From IMG/VR virus record IMGVR_UViG_3300028833_000120, positions 20,978-84,977 of that record: a stretch of DNA of 64,000 bases. One strand, written 5' to 3'. Source of the DNA: a virus. Lineage: Duplodnaviria; Caudoviricetes. The position numbers and the translations under genes are program-made. The notes under the pieces were generated by a model. The model was given only the letters and a program-made list of their open reading frames with translations, searched no databases and had not been told where the DNA came from. Below, one piece after another: positions 9,989 to 18,401 of this stretch (position 1 is its first letter; every line of letters begins with the position of its first letter).

Positions 9989-10456
9989 ATGATTAAGAAA
10001 TTTGAAAATTTTATAAACGAAAATGCATCAAATGGTATTTTTCCAAAAAAATTACAAGAACATATAGAGTTTATAATACAATCTCTAAAAAAATCAGAAG
10101 ATAAAGATAAAAATATATCTGCTTTCTTTACAAGTACAAAAGATGAAGAAAGAAATGAAATAAAACGAATGTTGGAAAAAGAACTTGGTGATGATTTATT
10201 CATAATCAATAAAGACATTGATTCAACTGAAGATATGGAAAAAACCATTGAAGAAAATAAAGGTAAAGTATTCTATTTCACTCATTTTAAATCAAAAGAA
10301 ATGTTGAAAGTAATATGTGCAACACCATTGAAACACAATTGTGTCATAAACATATGCACAACAAACGAACCAGAAGGAAAACTCTGGGGTGAAATATTTA
10401 AAGAACGTTTTACTTGGATTTGTAACATTTCAGAATTAAAAGATTTATGGAAATAA
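9989..10456 (+). CDS. Putative internal head protein (capsid-targeting N-terminus)
   Basis: N-terminus MIKKFENFINE resembles the T4 internal-protein CTS MKTYQEFIAE. Late motif upstream. Confidence 0.6.
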   Translation: MIKKFENFINENASNGIFPKKLQEHIEFIIQSLKKSEDKDKNISAFFTSTKDEERNEIKRMLEKELGDDLFIINKDIDSTEDMEKTIEENKGKVFYFTHFKSKEMLKVICATPLKHNCVINICTTNEPEGKLWGEIFKERFTWICNISELKDLWK

Positions 10457-10463
10457 ACAAAAT

Positions 10464-10490
10464 AAAAGGAGGTCGATTGACCTCCTTTTA
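10464..10490. terminator. Bidirectional intrinsic terminator
   Basis: aaaaggaggtc-gatt-gacctcctttt between convergent genes. Confidence 0.8.
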
Positions 10491-10495
10491 TTTTT

Positions 10496-11179
10496 CTACC
10501 ATAACGGAATGTCATCAACCTTTCCGTCGAACCTTTCCATATTTCCGGTGTCCCAATTCATTATTTTAGCAGGAATTTCAGTTTCCGGAAGACACATTGA
10601 CACTCCATCCATCCTGAAAAGGTTATAAGAGACGATTTCTGCCCATTTTTTTACCTCTGTGGGGTCTTTACCGAACTTTGTGGTAAAACTCTCCACAACG
10701 GCAGATAAAACGTTCTCACGGGCAAGAAACAATGAATCTTCCTGCCACTCGTATCCATAAGTTGATTTAAGTGCAAGTTCCGCCAATCGGTACCATTCTT
10801 TTTCATCATTGGTTTTTATTCTCTGAAGTTTTCTGTCAAGAATACCAACCCTCTTGTTGATTGGAATCTTCTCACCACTCGAAACATCATAGAGTGTTGT
10901 GAGATATGGTGCTTCACCACAAGTCACTTCAAGAACTTTTCTTTTGATATATTCCTCATCAGAACCTTTATATTCCTCATCAAACATATCATTCATTCTT
11001 TTCACCACCTCAATCGGAGTAAAAACCTCCGCTTTCTCTTTCGTCCTTGCAGTCTGTACATCGACATTCTTTAAGTAACGTGGTACAACTTCATCAACAT
11101 TTACATTGAGTTTTCCACCGGTTGTACGTTCTTCAAGTAAAATTTCTTTTATATTCTTATCTATATTCATTTCAAACAT
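10496..11179 (-). CDS. SAM-binding half of a split gamma-class (Eco57I/type IIG-like) adenine methyltransferase
   Basis: Motif X KAEVFTP, motif I VLEVTCGEAPY and motif II YGYEWQ. No NPPY. Ends IPLW. Confidence 0.75.
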   Translation of the reverse strand: MFEMNIDKNIKEILLEERTTGGKLNVNVDEVVPRYLKNVDVQTARTKEKAEVFTPIEVVKRMNDMFDEEYKGSDEEYIKRKVLEVTCGEAPYLTTLYDVSSGEKIPINKRVGILDRKLQRIKTNDEKEWYRLAELALKSTYGYEWQEDSLFLARENVLSAVVESFTTKFGKDPTEVKKWAEIVSYNLFRMDGVSMCLPETEIPAKIMNWDTGNMERFDGKVDDIPLW

Positions 11180-12039
11180 CTGTCTTTTCTTTTCCTTTCA
11201 AAATCAAATCCATTAACATATTCAAGTATTTCATCTACATCCTCTTCCTCACACCCGACACTAAACAGAAGTTCCCTCTCATTTTCAATCTTCGAGTAGT
11301 CAATATCAGGAAACAATCTCCACACCTTTCTTTTCATATTCCTATCGTCTTGACAAATCCACAGACAAAACCTCATAAGATTGGTATGAAGTAAATTCCA
11401 TACATTCTTTGCAGACTTTTTATCACAGAAACCGAGAACAACCTTCGTTGTTGTATCAGTCCTGAAAAACTTGTTTTCCTCTTCGAGACTCAACACACCG
11501 ACATTCTCCAAAGACTTCTGTGCAATCCACTTTCCGTTTTCCTTATAGTTTGCATAACTAACATTGATAAACCAAGAATATTGGTTCAACTTCTTCAAGT
11601 CTTTTGTTTTATTCCAGTTATAATAGTCCTTATTCCAACTACCATACATAGTGACGGTGTGTTTGTACATCTTCTCTTCTTTATCCATAAGAGAACATAT
11701 CTTTTTTTCTATGTGATTCAGAAGAATATTATCACCAAAATTCAGTCTGAAATCAAAATTCTTTGAACCTTTCTTGCAAAAATAGATTGCTGGGTCTGTC
11801 ATTTGTGTTTCTTGAAACAATACACTATCCACAATCTCTATCCTCTCACATCCGAGTCTTTTCAAGAACGTTCTCTCCCTCTCCATTCTCATATCATACA
11901 AACATTTAGATGGCATAATGAAACAGAGTTTGTCATCAAACACACAAGTACTTGACTTCATTATATTGAAATGAAGCAATCTACTTCCCACCTTATCATG
12001 TCCGTATGGTGGATTGCCCACGATTACATCAAATCTCAT
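11167..12039 (-). CDS. Catalytic/target-recognition half of a split gamma-class methyltransferase
   Basis: Begins directly with motif IV (MRFDVIVGNPPY), followed by LCFIMP and a TRD-like C-terminal region. No motif I. Confidence 0.75.
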   Translation of the reverse strand: MRFDVIVGNPPYGHDKVGSRLLHFNIMKSSTCVFDDKLCFIMPSKCLYDMRMERERTFLKRLGCERIEIVDSVLFQETQMTDPAIYFCKKGSKNFDFRLNFGDNILLNHIEKKICSLMDKEEKMYKHTVTMYGSWNKDYYNWNKTKDLKKLNQYSWFINVSYANYKENGKWIAQKSLENVGVLSLEEENKFFRTDTTTKVVLGFCDKKSAKNVWNLLHTNLMRFCLWICQDDRNMKRKVWRLFPDIDYSKIENERELLFSVGCEEEDVDEILEYVNGFDFERKRKDRCLK

Positions 12040-12043
12040 ATAC

Positions 12044-12066
12044 TAAATATAACAAATACATAAATA
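12044..12066. promoter_or_regulatory. Divergent early(-)/late(+) promoter cassette
   Basis: taaatataacaa-ata-cataaata. Confidence 0.75.
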
Positions 12067-12087
12067 ATATAAATCAAAACAAAATTT

Positions 12088-12474
12088 ATGGAACTTAAAA
12101 ATTTTGAAGAATTTATCAGTGAGAATGTAAATCAAAATTCAGATTTAATATTTTTCTGTAAACATTCTGACTTCTGTACATATTGTCCTCTGTTTCACGG
12201 TGGTAGTAGTAGAACTTGTCACGACCACGAAGGAATCTTTGTATCAAAAGACACAAGAATTGAAAACGGAAACGAACTCGTATGGGTTTGCATAAACGGT
12301 GAATGGAGTTGGCAGAAGAAAGATATAGAACCATCAAAATTCGACAACAGTAAAACTTCAAAAAGAAGAATCATAGACGGTAAAAAATGCAGATTCTACA
12401 AAGGTCATTGGGTTGATATTGATAACAAAGATGTTATAGTGAAAGACTATACAAACGATGTATTTGGTGAATAA
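12088..12474 (+). CDS. Putative internal head protein, Cys/His-rich
   Basis: N-terminus MELKNFEEFISE and a CKHSDFCTYC...CHDH cluster. Late motif upstream. Confidence 0.6.
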   Translation: MELKNFEEFISENVNQNSDLIFFCKHSDFCTYCPLFHGGSSRTCHDHEGIFVSKDTRIENGNELVWVCINGEWSWQKKDIEPSKFDNSKTSKRRIIDGKKCRFYKGHWVDIDNKDVIVKDYTNDVFGE

Positions 12475-12486
12475 AACTTATAAAAC

Positions 12487-12515
12487 AAAAAGGAGGTCAA
12501 ACGACCTCCTTTTTT
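12487..12515. terminator. Bidirectional intrinsic terminator, near-identical to the one at 10464
   Basis: aaaaggaggtc-aaac-gacctcctttt. Confidence 0.8.
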
Positions 12516-12877
12516 ATTGTAGTTGTTCCTTCCAAGTTTTCCCACACTTCCGGCAAGTGTAAACTCGATAAGTGTTGTGAACTTTATGTTTTCCGAACTC
12601 CGTCTTGTTTCCATTTTCATCAAGATATTCTTCCTCATACGAAATTGATGAGTTGTTGTAACAGTTGTGGTATATCTTATCTGGTAGTGAAAACTCTTCG
12701 TTGATTATCATAAGAATCACAAGTGCCCACGACATAAAGACACACAACAATATACCTGGTATCAAAAAACAACTTCGGATGGTCATAGTCTTTATACTCA
12801 CGAATTTTTTTGTTACCGAGCAAAGCGATAACGATACCTATTGTCCAAAAGATTATAAGTGCAAGTATGTTGTTCAT
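12514..12877 (-). CDS. Small membrane protein with a C-terminal CxxC, split over two frames at a T6 run (12764-12769)
   Basis: ORF 12677-12877 supplies TM1 and ORF 12514-12801 supplies TM2 plus CRKCG. A +1 join at TTG TTT TTT G gives about 120 aa. Confidence 0.5.
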
Positions 12878-12884
12878 ATTTTTA

Positions 12885-13184
12885 TTAAAATTTATATGTC
12901 CTACAATCCATCGGTGGATATTTTACTTCCAGAAGTCCCAACACAGACCTTACATTTTTTGATGCTTTCACGGCTTCATCGTAATTGTTATAAACCGCCC
13001 ATTGGTTTCCACCACGTACAACTTCCATTCTTTCGACCGTCATATTGTATCCACAATCGGCGAGGTTCTCCACAAGGAAATCGAGGTCTCTCAAATACCA
13101 CCAGTTCCCATATTTCTTGACAAATCTTTTTTTATTGTTCTTCGGTATCATTGTTCGTTTTATTTTTTGATAAAATATCTTCAA
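12885..13184 (-). CDS. Hypothetical protein
   Basis: ORF in an operon-like arrangement. The start may be the internal MIPKNN. Confidence 0.5.
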   Translation of the reverse strand: MKIFYQKIKRTMIPKNNKKRFVKKYGNWWYLRDLDFLVENLADCGYNMTVERMEVVRGGNQWAVYNNYDEAVKASKNVRSVLGLLEVKYPPMDCRTYKF

Positions 13185-13992
13185 ACTCTTTAATCATTTC
13201 ATCATTTATAAATTTATAACCATCTGCTTTTCTACTCTTTTTAATAAACCAACTAAACATTCTTCTTGTATTTGTATCACAAAAATCTGGCATCGAATAT
13301 GGGTTTGTTGAAACAAATGCTTTTATTACACTATGATAAAAATCATTTTTTTGTATATATAATTCGATTTCTTTACGATTTGCAACTCTAAATGATTTCT
13401 CATCATAGTCCAAATTTTGTAAATAATCATCTTTCCATTCAAAATCTTCATCATACCCAACAAGACTTTTGAAAAAATCATCACGTATATCTTCAAATTC
13501 AACCAAACATTTTCCTTTACAAGTATTTACAACATAAACAACAAACGGCATAATTTTCTTTCCATTTATTGTGATACCTTTTTTTCTTATACCTATTGGC
13601 ATTGTTTCATTACAATGAAACGCTGATAAATCATTCAATTTTATAGAAATATCATATAAACCTATAGCAGTCATTCGTAATTGTCCTTTGTGGTTTCCTA
13701 TGAAATACAATGTACCAAAATCACCCTCTTCAGTTACACCTTCAATCCAAATAAGATTATCACAACGAATATCAAACATATATTCATCATTTAATTTGAT
13801 GCAACCAGAATTTTTTGGATGAAAATCGGTTTCACCACTATCAATGAGTTTATTTTTTTCATAACAAAATAAACAATGTTTATCATCATCGTTTTCTAAA
13901 AACATTTTTGCTGTATCACTAAACTTTGACATCTTCTTCAATTCTGACATTATAGTTTCATCAGAAACTGATAAATAATTATAAATTTTCAT
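13132..13992 (-). CDS. Hypothetical protein
   Basis: 286-aa ORF, visibly more AT-rich than its neighbours. No motif recognised. Confidence 0.6.
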   Translation of the reverse strand: MKIYNYLSVSDETIMSELKKMSKFSDTAKMFLENDDDKHCLFCYEKNKLIDSGETDFHPKNSGCIKLNDEYMFDIRCDNLIWIEGVTEEGDFGTLYFIGNHKGQLRMTAIGLYDISIKLNDLSAFHCNETMPIGIRKKGITINGKKIMPFVVYVVNTCKGKCLVEFEDIRDDFFKSLVGYDEDFEWKDDYLQNLDYDEKSFRVANRKEIELYIQKNDFYHSVIKAFVSTNPYSMPDFCDTNTRRMFSWFIKKSRKADGYKFINDEMIKEFEDILSKNKTNNDTEEQ

Positions 13993-14016
13993 ATTCTTAT
14001 TTTTTTAGTTTATATC

Positions 14017-14769
14017 TTACCACAACCCTTCGACAGGTTCATCAACTTCCTTAATCAATCTTTCATTTGCAAATTTTACATACTCATCAGATATTTCAAA
14101 CCCTATGAAATTCCTTCCAGTCTGTTTTGCCGCCACGGCAGTCGTCCCACTCCCCATAAAGGGGTCGAGTATCAAATCACCTTCTTTCGAAAAAAGGGTT
14201 ATTAGTTTCTTTGCAAAATCAACAGGGAAACAAGCCCCATGAGTTGATGTGTTATTCTGTTTATGAAAACCAGAAATCACATTGTTTTGCATCCCACGAC
14301 CGAAATACGAGTTGTTTATCACACGACCTTTCTTATCGTCACCCTCCAAAATAACAACAAATTCGTAACAAGAGTTCAATACTTTGTCGTGCATCGCCGG
14401 TTGCCCCCCTTTGTGCCAAATCATAATGTCTTTTATATATGGTGAGAAATCACCAAGCAGTCTGAAGAACGCTTCCTTGGAACCCGTGACAATTTGGTAG
14501 TTGTAACACACAATCTTCGACACTCTCAACAACTCTGTCAAAACATCTTTGTGAAAATAATAGTATTCTTCAATAGGAAGGTCATCACCGAAATATTTAT
14601 ACTTCTTACTGAAGTGCTCACCGTGCTCTCTTACAGTATATTGTCCTTCACGGATACGAGTTCTCATGTTATAAGGTGGTGACGTAAGTACCATATCAAC
14701 AGACTTGTCTGGAAGTTTCTTCAACCCTTCAAGACAGTCTTGGCTATATATTTTGTTTATCTCCAACAT
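14017..14769 (-). CDS. Beta-class DNA methyltransferase, probably N4-cytosine
   Basis: Likely start is ATG 14769 (MLEINKIY). TSPPY, HGACFP and DPFMGSGTT. Ends EGLW. Confidence 0.9.
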   Translation of the reverse strand: MLEINKIYSQDCLEGLKKLPDKSVDMVLTSPPYNMRTRIREGQYTVREHGEHFSKKYKYFGDDLPIEEYYYFHKDVLTELLRVSKIVCYNYQIVTGSKEAFFRLLGDFSPYIKDIMIWHKGGQPAMHDKVLNSCYEFVVILEGDDKKGRVINNSYFGRGMQNNVISGFHKQNNTSTHGACFPVDFAKKLITLFSKEGDLILDPFMGSGTTAVAAKQTGRNFIGFEISDEYVKFANERLIKEVDEPVEGLW

Positions 14770-14773
14770 ACAA

Positions 14774-14808
14774 TAAATATAACAAAACATAAATAAGTTA
14801 TATAAATA
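14774..14808. promoter_or_regulatory. Divergent early(-)/late(+) promoter cassette
   Basis: taaatataacaa-aa-cataaata, with an additional TATAAATA at 14801-14808. Confidence 0.75.
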
Positions 14809-14818
14809 AAAAAGAAAC

Positions 14819-15040
14819 ATGATTAAAACATTTGAAGATTTCAGTAGAACAAAAATTGAACCAAAATTATACAGTGGTATATTACAATACAGTGGTGAGG
14901 AAACCACAGGACAACTTATAGTATTTAACAACAATATGTACATATTGTCGGATGAAAATATTTTTGAAGGTAACAACACAATTTTAATCGGTGCCGACGA
15001 AGAGACATTGGTAGACCCTAACACGGTAAAAGAACTATAA
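14819..15040 (+). CDS. Putative internal head protein
   Basis: N-terminus MIKTFEDF. Late motif upstream. Confidence 0.55.
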   Translation: MIKTFEDFSRTKIEPKLYSGILQYSGEETTGQLIVFNNNMYILSDENIFEGNNTILIGADEETLVDPNTVKEL

Positions 15041-15085
15041 GTGATAAACTATAAGACATAAACAAATTATATAAATAAAAAAACT

Positions 15086-15433
15086 ATGATTAAAAAATTT
15101 GAAGAATTTGTAAACGAATCTCTAAACCAATTAGATTTTGAACCAATTTTGTGGGGTGTTGAAATCTTTGATGATGAGATGGAGGATGACAAAGGTATTT
15201 CCGTAACTCTTGAAAGAGGTGCCGGTGGTGGTCGAGAACTTATTGAATCACACTGGAAAGTATATGCAATTGAGGATTTGGATGACAGATGGAACGTAAA
15301 GGCTATCTGCATCGATTCCGAAGATAGAAGATACCAACCAGATGATGAGATTGATTTTGAAGTCAATAAAGACGATGATGTTTGGGACCTTGAATCTTTA
15401 TTGCAAGATGCTCTTGATAAAGAAGGATTCTAG
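15086..15433 (+). CDS. Putative internal head protein, very acidic
   Basis: N-terminus MIKKFEEFVNE and TATAAATA upstream. D/E-rich. Confidence 0.6.
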   Translation: MIKKFEEFVNESLNQLDFEPILWGVEIFDDEMEDDKGISVTLERGAGGGRELIESHWKVYAIEDLDDRWNVKAICIDSEDRRYQPDDEIDFEVNKDDDVWDLESLLQDALDKEGF

Positions 15434-15434
15434 T

Positions 15435-15474
15435 AAAAAAGACAACACATGGTTGTCTTTTTTTGTTATATTTA
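15435..15474 (+). terminator. Terminator hairpin fused to a TTGTTATATTTA promoter
   Basis: aaaaaagacaac-acatg-gttgtctttttt runs directly into gttatatttaatat ATG. Confidence 0.75.
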
Positions 15475-15478
15475 ATAT

Positions 15479-16249
15479 ATGTTGGAAATAAACCGAATAT
15501 ATAACCAAAATTGTCTCGAAGGTATGAAAGAGATAGATGACAAGTCAATCGACTGCATCATCTGTGATTTACCTTATGAGGTTCTCAATAAATCGAATGA
15601 AAACGCCAAATGGGACGTTGTGATACCTTTTGACAAACTATGGGAACAATACAACAGAATAATCAAGGACAACGGTGCTATATTACTTTTTGGACAGGGT
15701 ATGTTCACTGCACAGTTGATGATGAGTAATTCTTCAATGTGGAGGTATAATCTTATATGGAAAAAAGGAAACCGTTCCACTGGTTTCCTGAATGCAAAAA
15801 GGATGCCTCTTCGTAACCACGAAGACATTGTTGTATTCTACAAGAAACTTCCGACATATAATCCACAGAAAACAGTTGGTGCCAAAAATCATTCACGTGG
15901 TTATATGAAAAACGAACAAAAAAACCAATGCTATGGTAAATTTGATGCTTCCTTATCCGAAAATGATTTTTCAGGTATGAAGTATCCGACGAGTATAATT
16001 GATGTTGAGAAAGAACATTGTAAGACATTCCACCCGACACAGAAACCGGTTGAACTTATATCATACTTGATAAAGACTTATACAAATGAAGGAGACTTGG
16101 TTCTAGACAATTGCATGGGAAGTGGAACAACTGCAATCGCCTGTATAAAAGAAAACAGAAACTTTATCGGATTTGAAACAAACGAAGAATATTTTGATAA
16201 AGCAAACAAAAGAATAAATGATGAAAAATCAATAGTAAAATTGTTTTAA
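15479..16249 (+). CDS. Beta-class N6/N4 DNA methyltransferase (inverted relative to the others)
   Basis: CDLPY, HPTQKP and DNCMGSGTT. Ends VKLF. Confidence 0.9.
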   Translation: MLEINRIYNQNCLEGMKEIDDKSIDCIICDLPYEVLNKSNENAKWDVVIPFDKLWEQYNRIIKDNGAILLFGQGMFTAQLMMSNSSMWRYNLIWKKGNRSTGFLNAKRMPLRNHEDIVVFYKKLPTYNPQKTVGAKNHSRGYMKNEQKNQCYGKFDASLSENDFSGMKYPTSIIDVEKEHCKTFHPTQKPVELISYLIKTYTNEGDLVLDNCMGSGTTAIACIKENRNFIGFETNEEYFDKANKRINDEKSIVKLF

Positions 16250-16250
16250 C

Positions 16251-16282
16251 AAAAAAGGTTGGAGTCATCTTCCAACCTTTTT
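16251..16282. terminator. Bidirectional intrinsic terminator
   Basis: aaaaaaggttgga-gtcatct-tccaacctttttt. Confidence 0.8.
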
Positions 16283-17143
16283 TGTTTTCCAACCATATTC
16301 TTTCATTTTCTCGTGAATATACTCCATGTCTTTTTTTGACAGTCCAAACTCATCCATCAACGACTCATCCGAATAGTCCACATTATTGGGTTGTGATGGA
16401 ATCATTTTTAACAGGGATTTAGGACATTTTGTAGATTTTTTGAAAAACATTATTACAAAAAGAACCAAGTCAGTATTCAACCATTCTATAAATTTTTTAC
16501 TGGAGTCCTCACTCGAGAATGTGAAAACGTTCCATTGTCCGTCAGATATTTCCTTATGTGGTGAAAGATTTTCTTGTGTAAATAAAGTTGGCCAGTCCCA
16601 TTCATAATTTCCACCATCACGGACATGACCACGATGAACCGATAGAAGACAATGCCAACCGAATGGTATATTGTATATTTTCTTAACTCTTTCCTCTCCA
16701 TGTATGTCAGCGAGTGACATAAACGACATCTCTTTTAAATCCAAACTTTTATGTTTGGAAATTTTTTCAATAATCTCCTTATTTTTGAAATGTTCCCCAC
16801 CAAACCGGATGTTCTTTACAAAGTCACTCGTTATTCCATATTTTCCTTTCTTTGAAAATGTAAAGATACCGACACCACGTATGATATCAACTGTTCCGAA
16901 TATATTCCTCAAACCTTCATCATATTCAAAACCAGATAGCATCAACGACGAATATTTCTCACAGAATCTTTTATAATGTGGGTCTTTTTCGTTCATATTG
17001 TCGACTACCGATGTCGGGTTTATCAGGCACATAACACTTTCATCATCCATATTGTTATCGTATATAGATTTGGTTATCTGTATATACAAAGGGTCCCAGT
17101 GACCTTGGTATGGTGGATTGCCTACTATAATATCAAATATCAT
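16265..17143 (-). CDS. Second catalytic/TRD half of a split gamma-class methyltransferase, with no adjacent SAM-binding gene
   Basis: Starts MIFDIIVGNPPY, followed by MCLINP. No motif I. Has its own promoter motif upstream. Confidence 0.75.
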   Translation of the reverse strand: MIFDIIVGNPPYQGHWDPLYIQITKSIYDNNMDDESVMCLINPTSVVDNMNEKDPHYKRFCEKYSSLMLSGFEYDEGLRNIFGTVDIIRGVGIFTFSKKGKYGITSDFVKNIRFGGEHFKNKEIIEKISKHKSLDLKEMSFMSLADIHGEERVKKIYNIPFGWHCLLSVHRGHVRDGGNYEWDWPTLFTQENLSPHKEISDGQWNVFTFSSEDSSKKFIEWLNTDLVLFVIMFFKKSTKCPKSLLKMIPSQPNNVDYSDESLMDEFGLSKKDMEYIHEKMKEYGWKTKKVGR

Positions 17144-17190
17144 ATATTAAAAATAACAAACGGAAGATTTTTTTAGTCTTCCGTTCTTAT

Positions 17191-18330
17191 TTATTTCAAT
17201 TTTTCGTGGTTTCCATAGGCAGTCTTTGGTATGATTGCAAGTGTGATTGGGAGGATGGATGCAACACCCCATTTCTGAAGTTCAAGACAGATGTCATCAA
17301 GTGTTGCACCGGAAGATATGTTGTCATCGAATATAACAACATGTTTTCCTTTAAGTTTAAGTCTCATATCTTTCAATTTTGGATTTATTACAAAAAGACC
17401 TTCGATAGACCTTCTGTGTTTATCATCCAAAGACTTGATTTCAAATTTCTTTGCCCTTCCGTTTTCGTCCTTTGTTTTATCTTTACCTCTTCTACCAAAA
17501 TTATGTCTCCTAATTTTTATGAGTTCCTCTATGGCCTTTATCTCATTTTTTTTATCCGTCACATCCCGTGTAGGTCTTCCTCTTTTTCCGATTGCATATG
17601 CAATAGAATCATTCAGTTCATCAACCCTGACCCTTAAATTATAAATGTCTGCATCGAATTGCCAATTCTCAATATCTTTTTGAAGTTTATGTATCTCCAT
17701 GTCTGTAAGACCGATACTCTTTGCAACATCTGTATTAACAACGACATTTTTTATATCTTTGATAAGCAAGTCTGGAATACACTTGATACCCGGTGAATCC
17801 TTGTATCTCTTCATTATATACTCAACCATATCCTTGTTGAAATCACTAGAACTCTGTGGAAAAGTTATTATATCGATTGGATTATCTTTTAAAAGATGAT
17901 ATATGTACAAAGATGTCCTCTTCATAAATTTGTCGATTGAATCAAAGTCTATATTTCTCTTTTCTATATTCTTGAACTTACTTGGGTGTTTCAAGGCCAT
18001 AGAAACTCTCATATCCGATATTTTATATAGGTTGTATGACATCACGTTACTTTTTGGTAGAAGTACTTCATGATATTCAAATTTTTTATCGTCATTGAAT
18101 ATTTCGGTAGATGTTGAATCTGTATCATTCTTACCTGGTGTAAATCTAAAAGTTCTGTCGCTTGAACGACCACGTGACCCGAAAGACCATCCTTCACTGC
18201 ATAAATCAATTTTATCATACCCCATCTCATGTTCCTCTTCCATAAGAAGTTCGATAAAATCAAATATAGACAATGAATCTTCAATTATAACATTATCTAC
18301 AAATTCATCATATGTTTTTATATTATTCAT
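17191..18330 (-). CDS. Type I phosphoribosyltransferase-domain protein with a capsid-targeting-like N-terminus
   Basis: PRPP-binding loop VVIFDDNISSGATL and FPQSSS. N-terminus MNNIKTYDEFVD. CATAAATA upstream on the minus strand near 18355-18362. Confidence 0.7.
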   Translation of the reverse strand: MNNIKTYDEFVDNVIIEDSLSIFDFIELLMEEEHEMGYDKIDLCSEGWSFGSRGRSSDRTFRFTPGKNDTDSTSTEIFNDDKKFEYHEVLLPKSNVMSYNLYKISDMRVSMALKHPSKFKNIEKRNIDFDSIDKFMKRTSLYIYHLLKDNPIDIITFPQSSSDFNKDMVEYIMKRYKDSPGIKCIPDLLIKDIKNVVVNTDVAKSIGLTDMEIHKLQKDIENWQFDADIYNLRVRVDELNDSIAYAIGKRGRPTRDVTDKKNEIKAIEELIKIRRHNFGRRGKDKTKDENGRAKKFEIKSLDDKHRRSIEGLFVINPKLKDMRLKLKGKHVVIFDDNISSGATLDDICLELQKWGVASILPITLAIIPKTAYGNHEKLK

Positions 18331-18401
18331 ATCATTAAAATAATCATTTTATAATATTTATGAGAAAGGGCTTGGAACAAAAGTCCCAAGTCCTTTCAAT
18401 A

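Noticed and set aside
10496-12039. Complete restriction-modification system or frameshifted single MTase
   Set aside because: No nuclease motif was recognised. The gene order (motif IV gene before motif I gene) and the separate ATG argue against a broken single gamma-class gene.
14770-15024. N-terminal extension of the 14017 MTase in the ORF track (similarly 1056-1100, 7640-7675 and 40260-40292)
   Set aside because: These extensions run through promoter motifs or neighbouring genes. Paralogues and promoter spacing support the internal ATGs.
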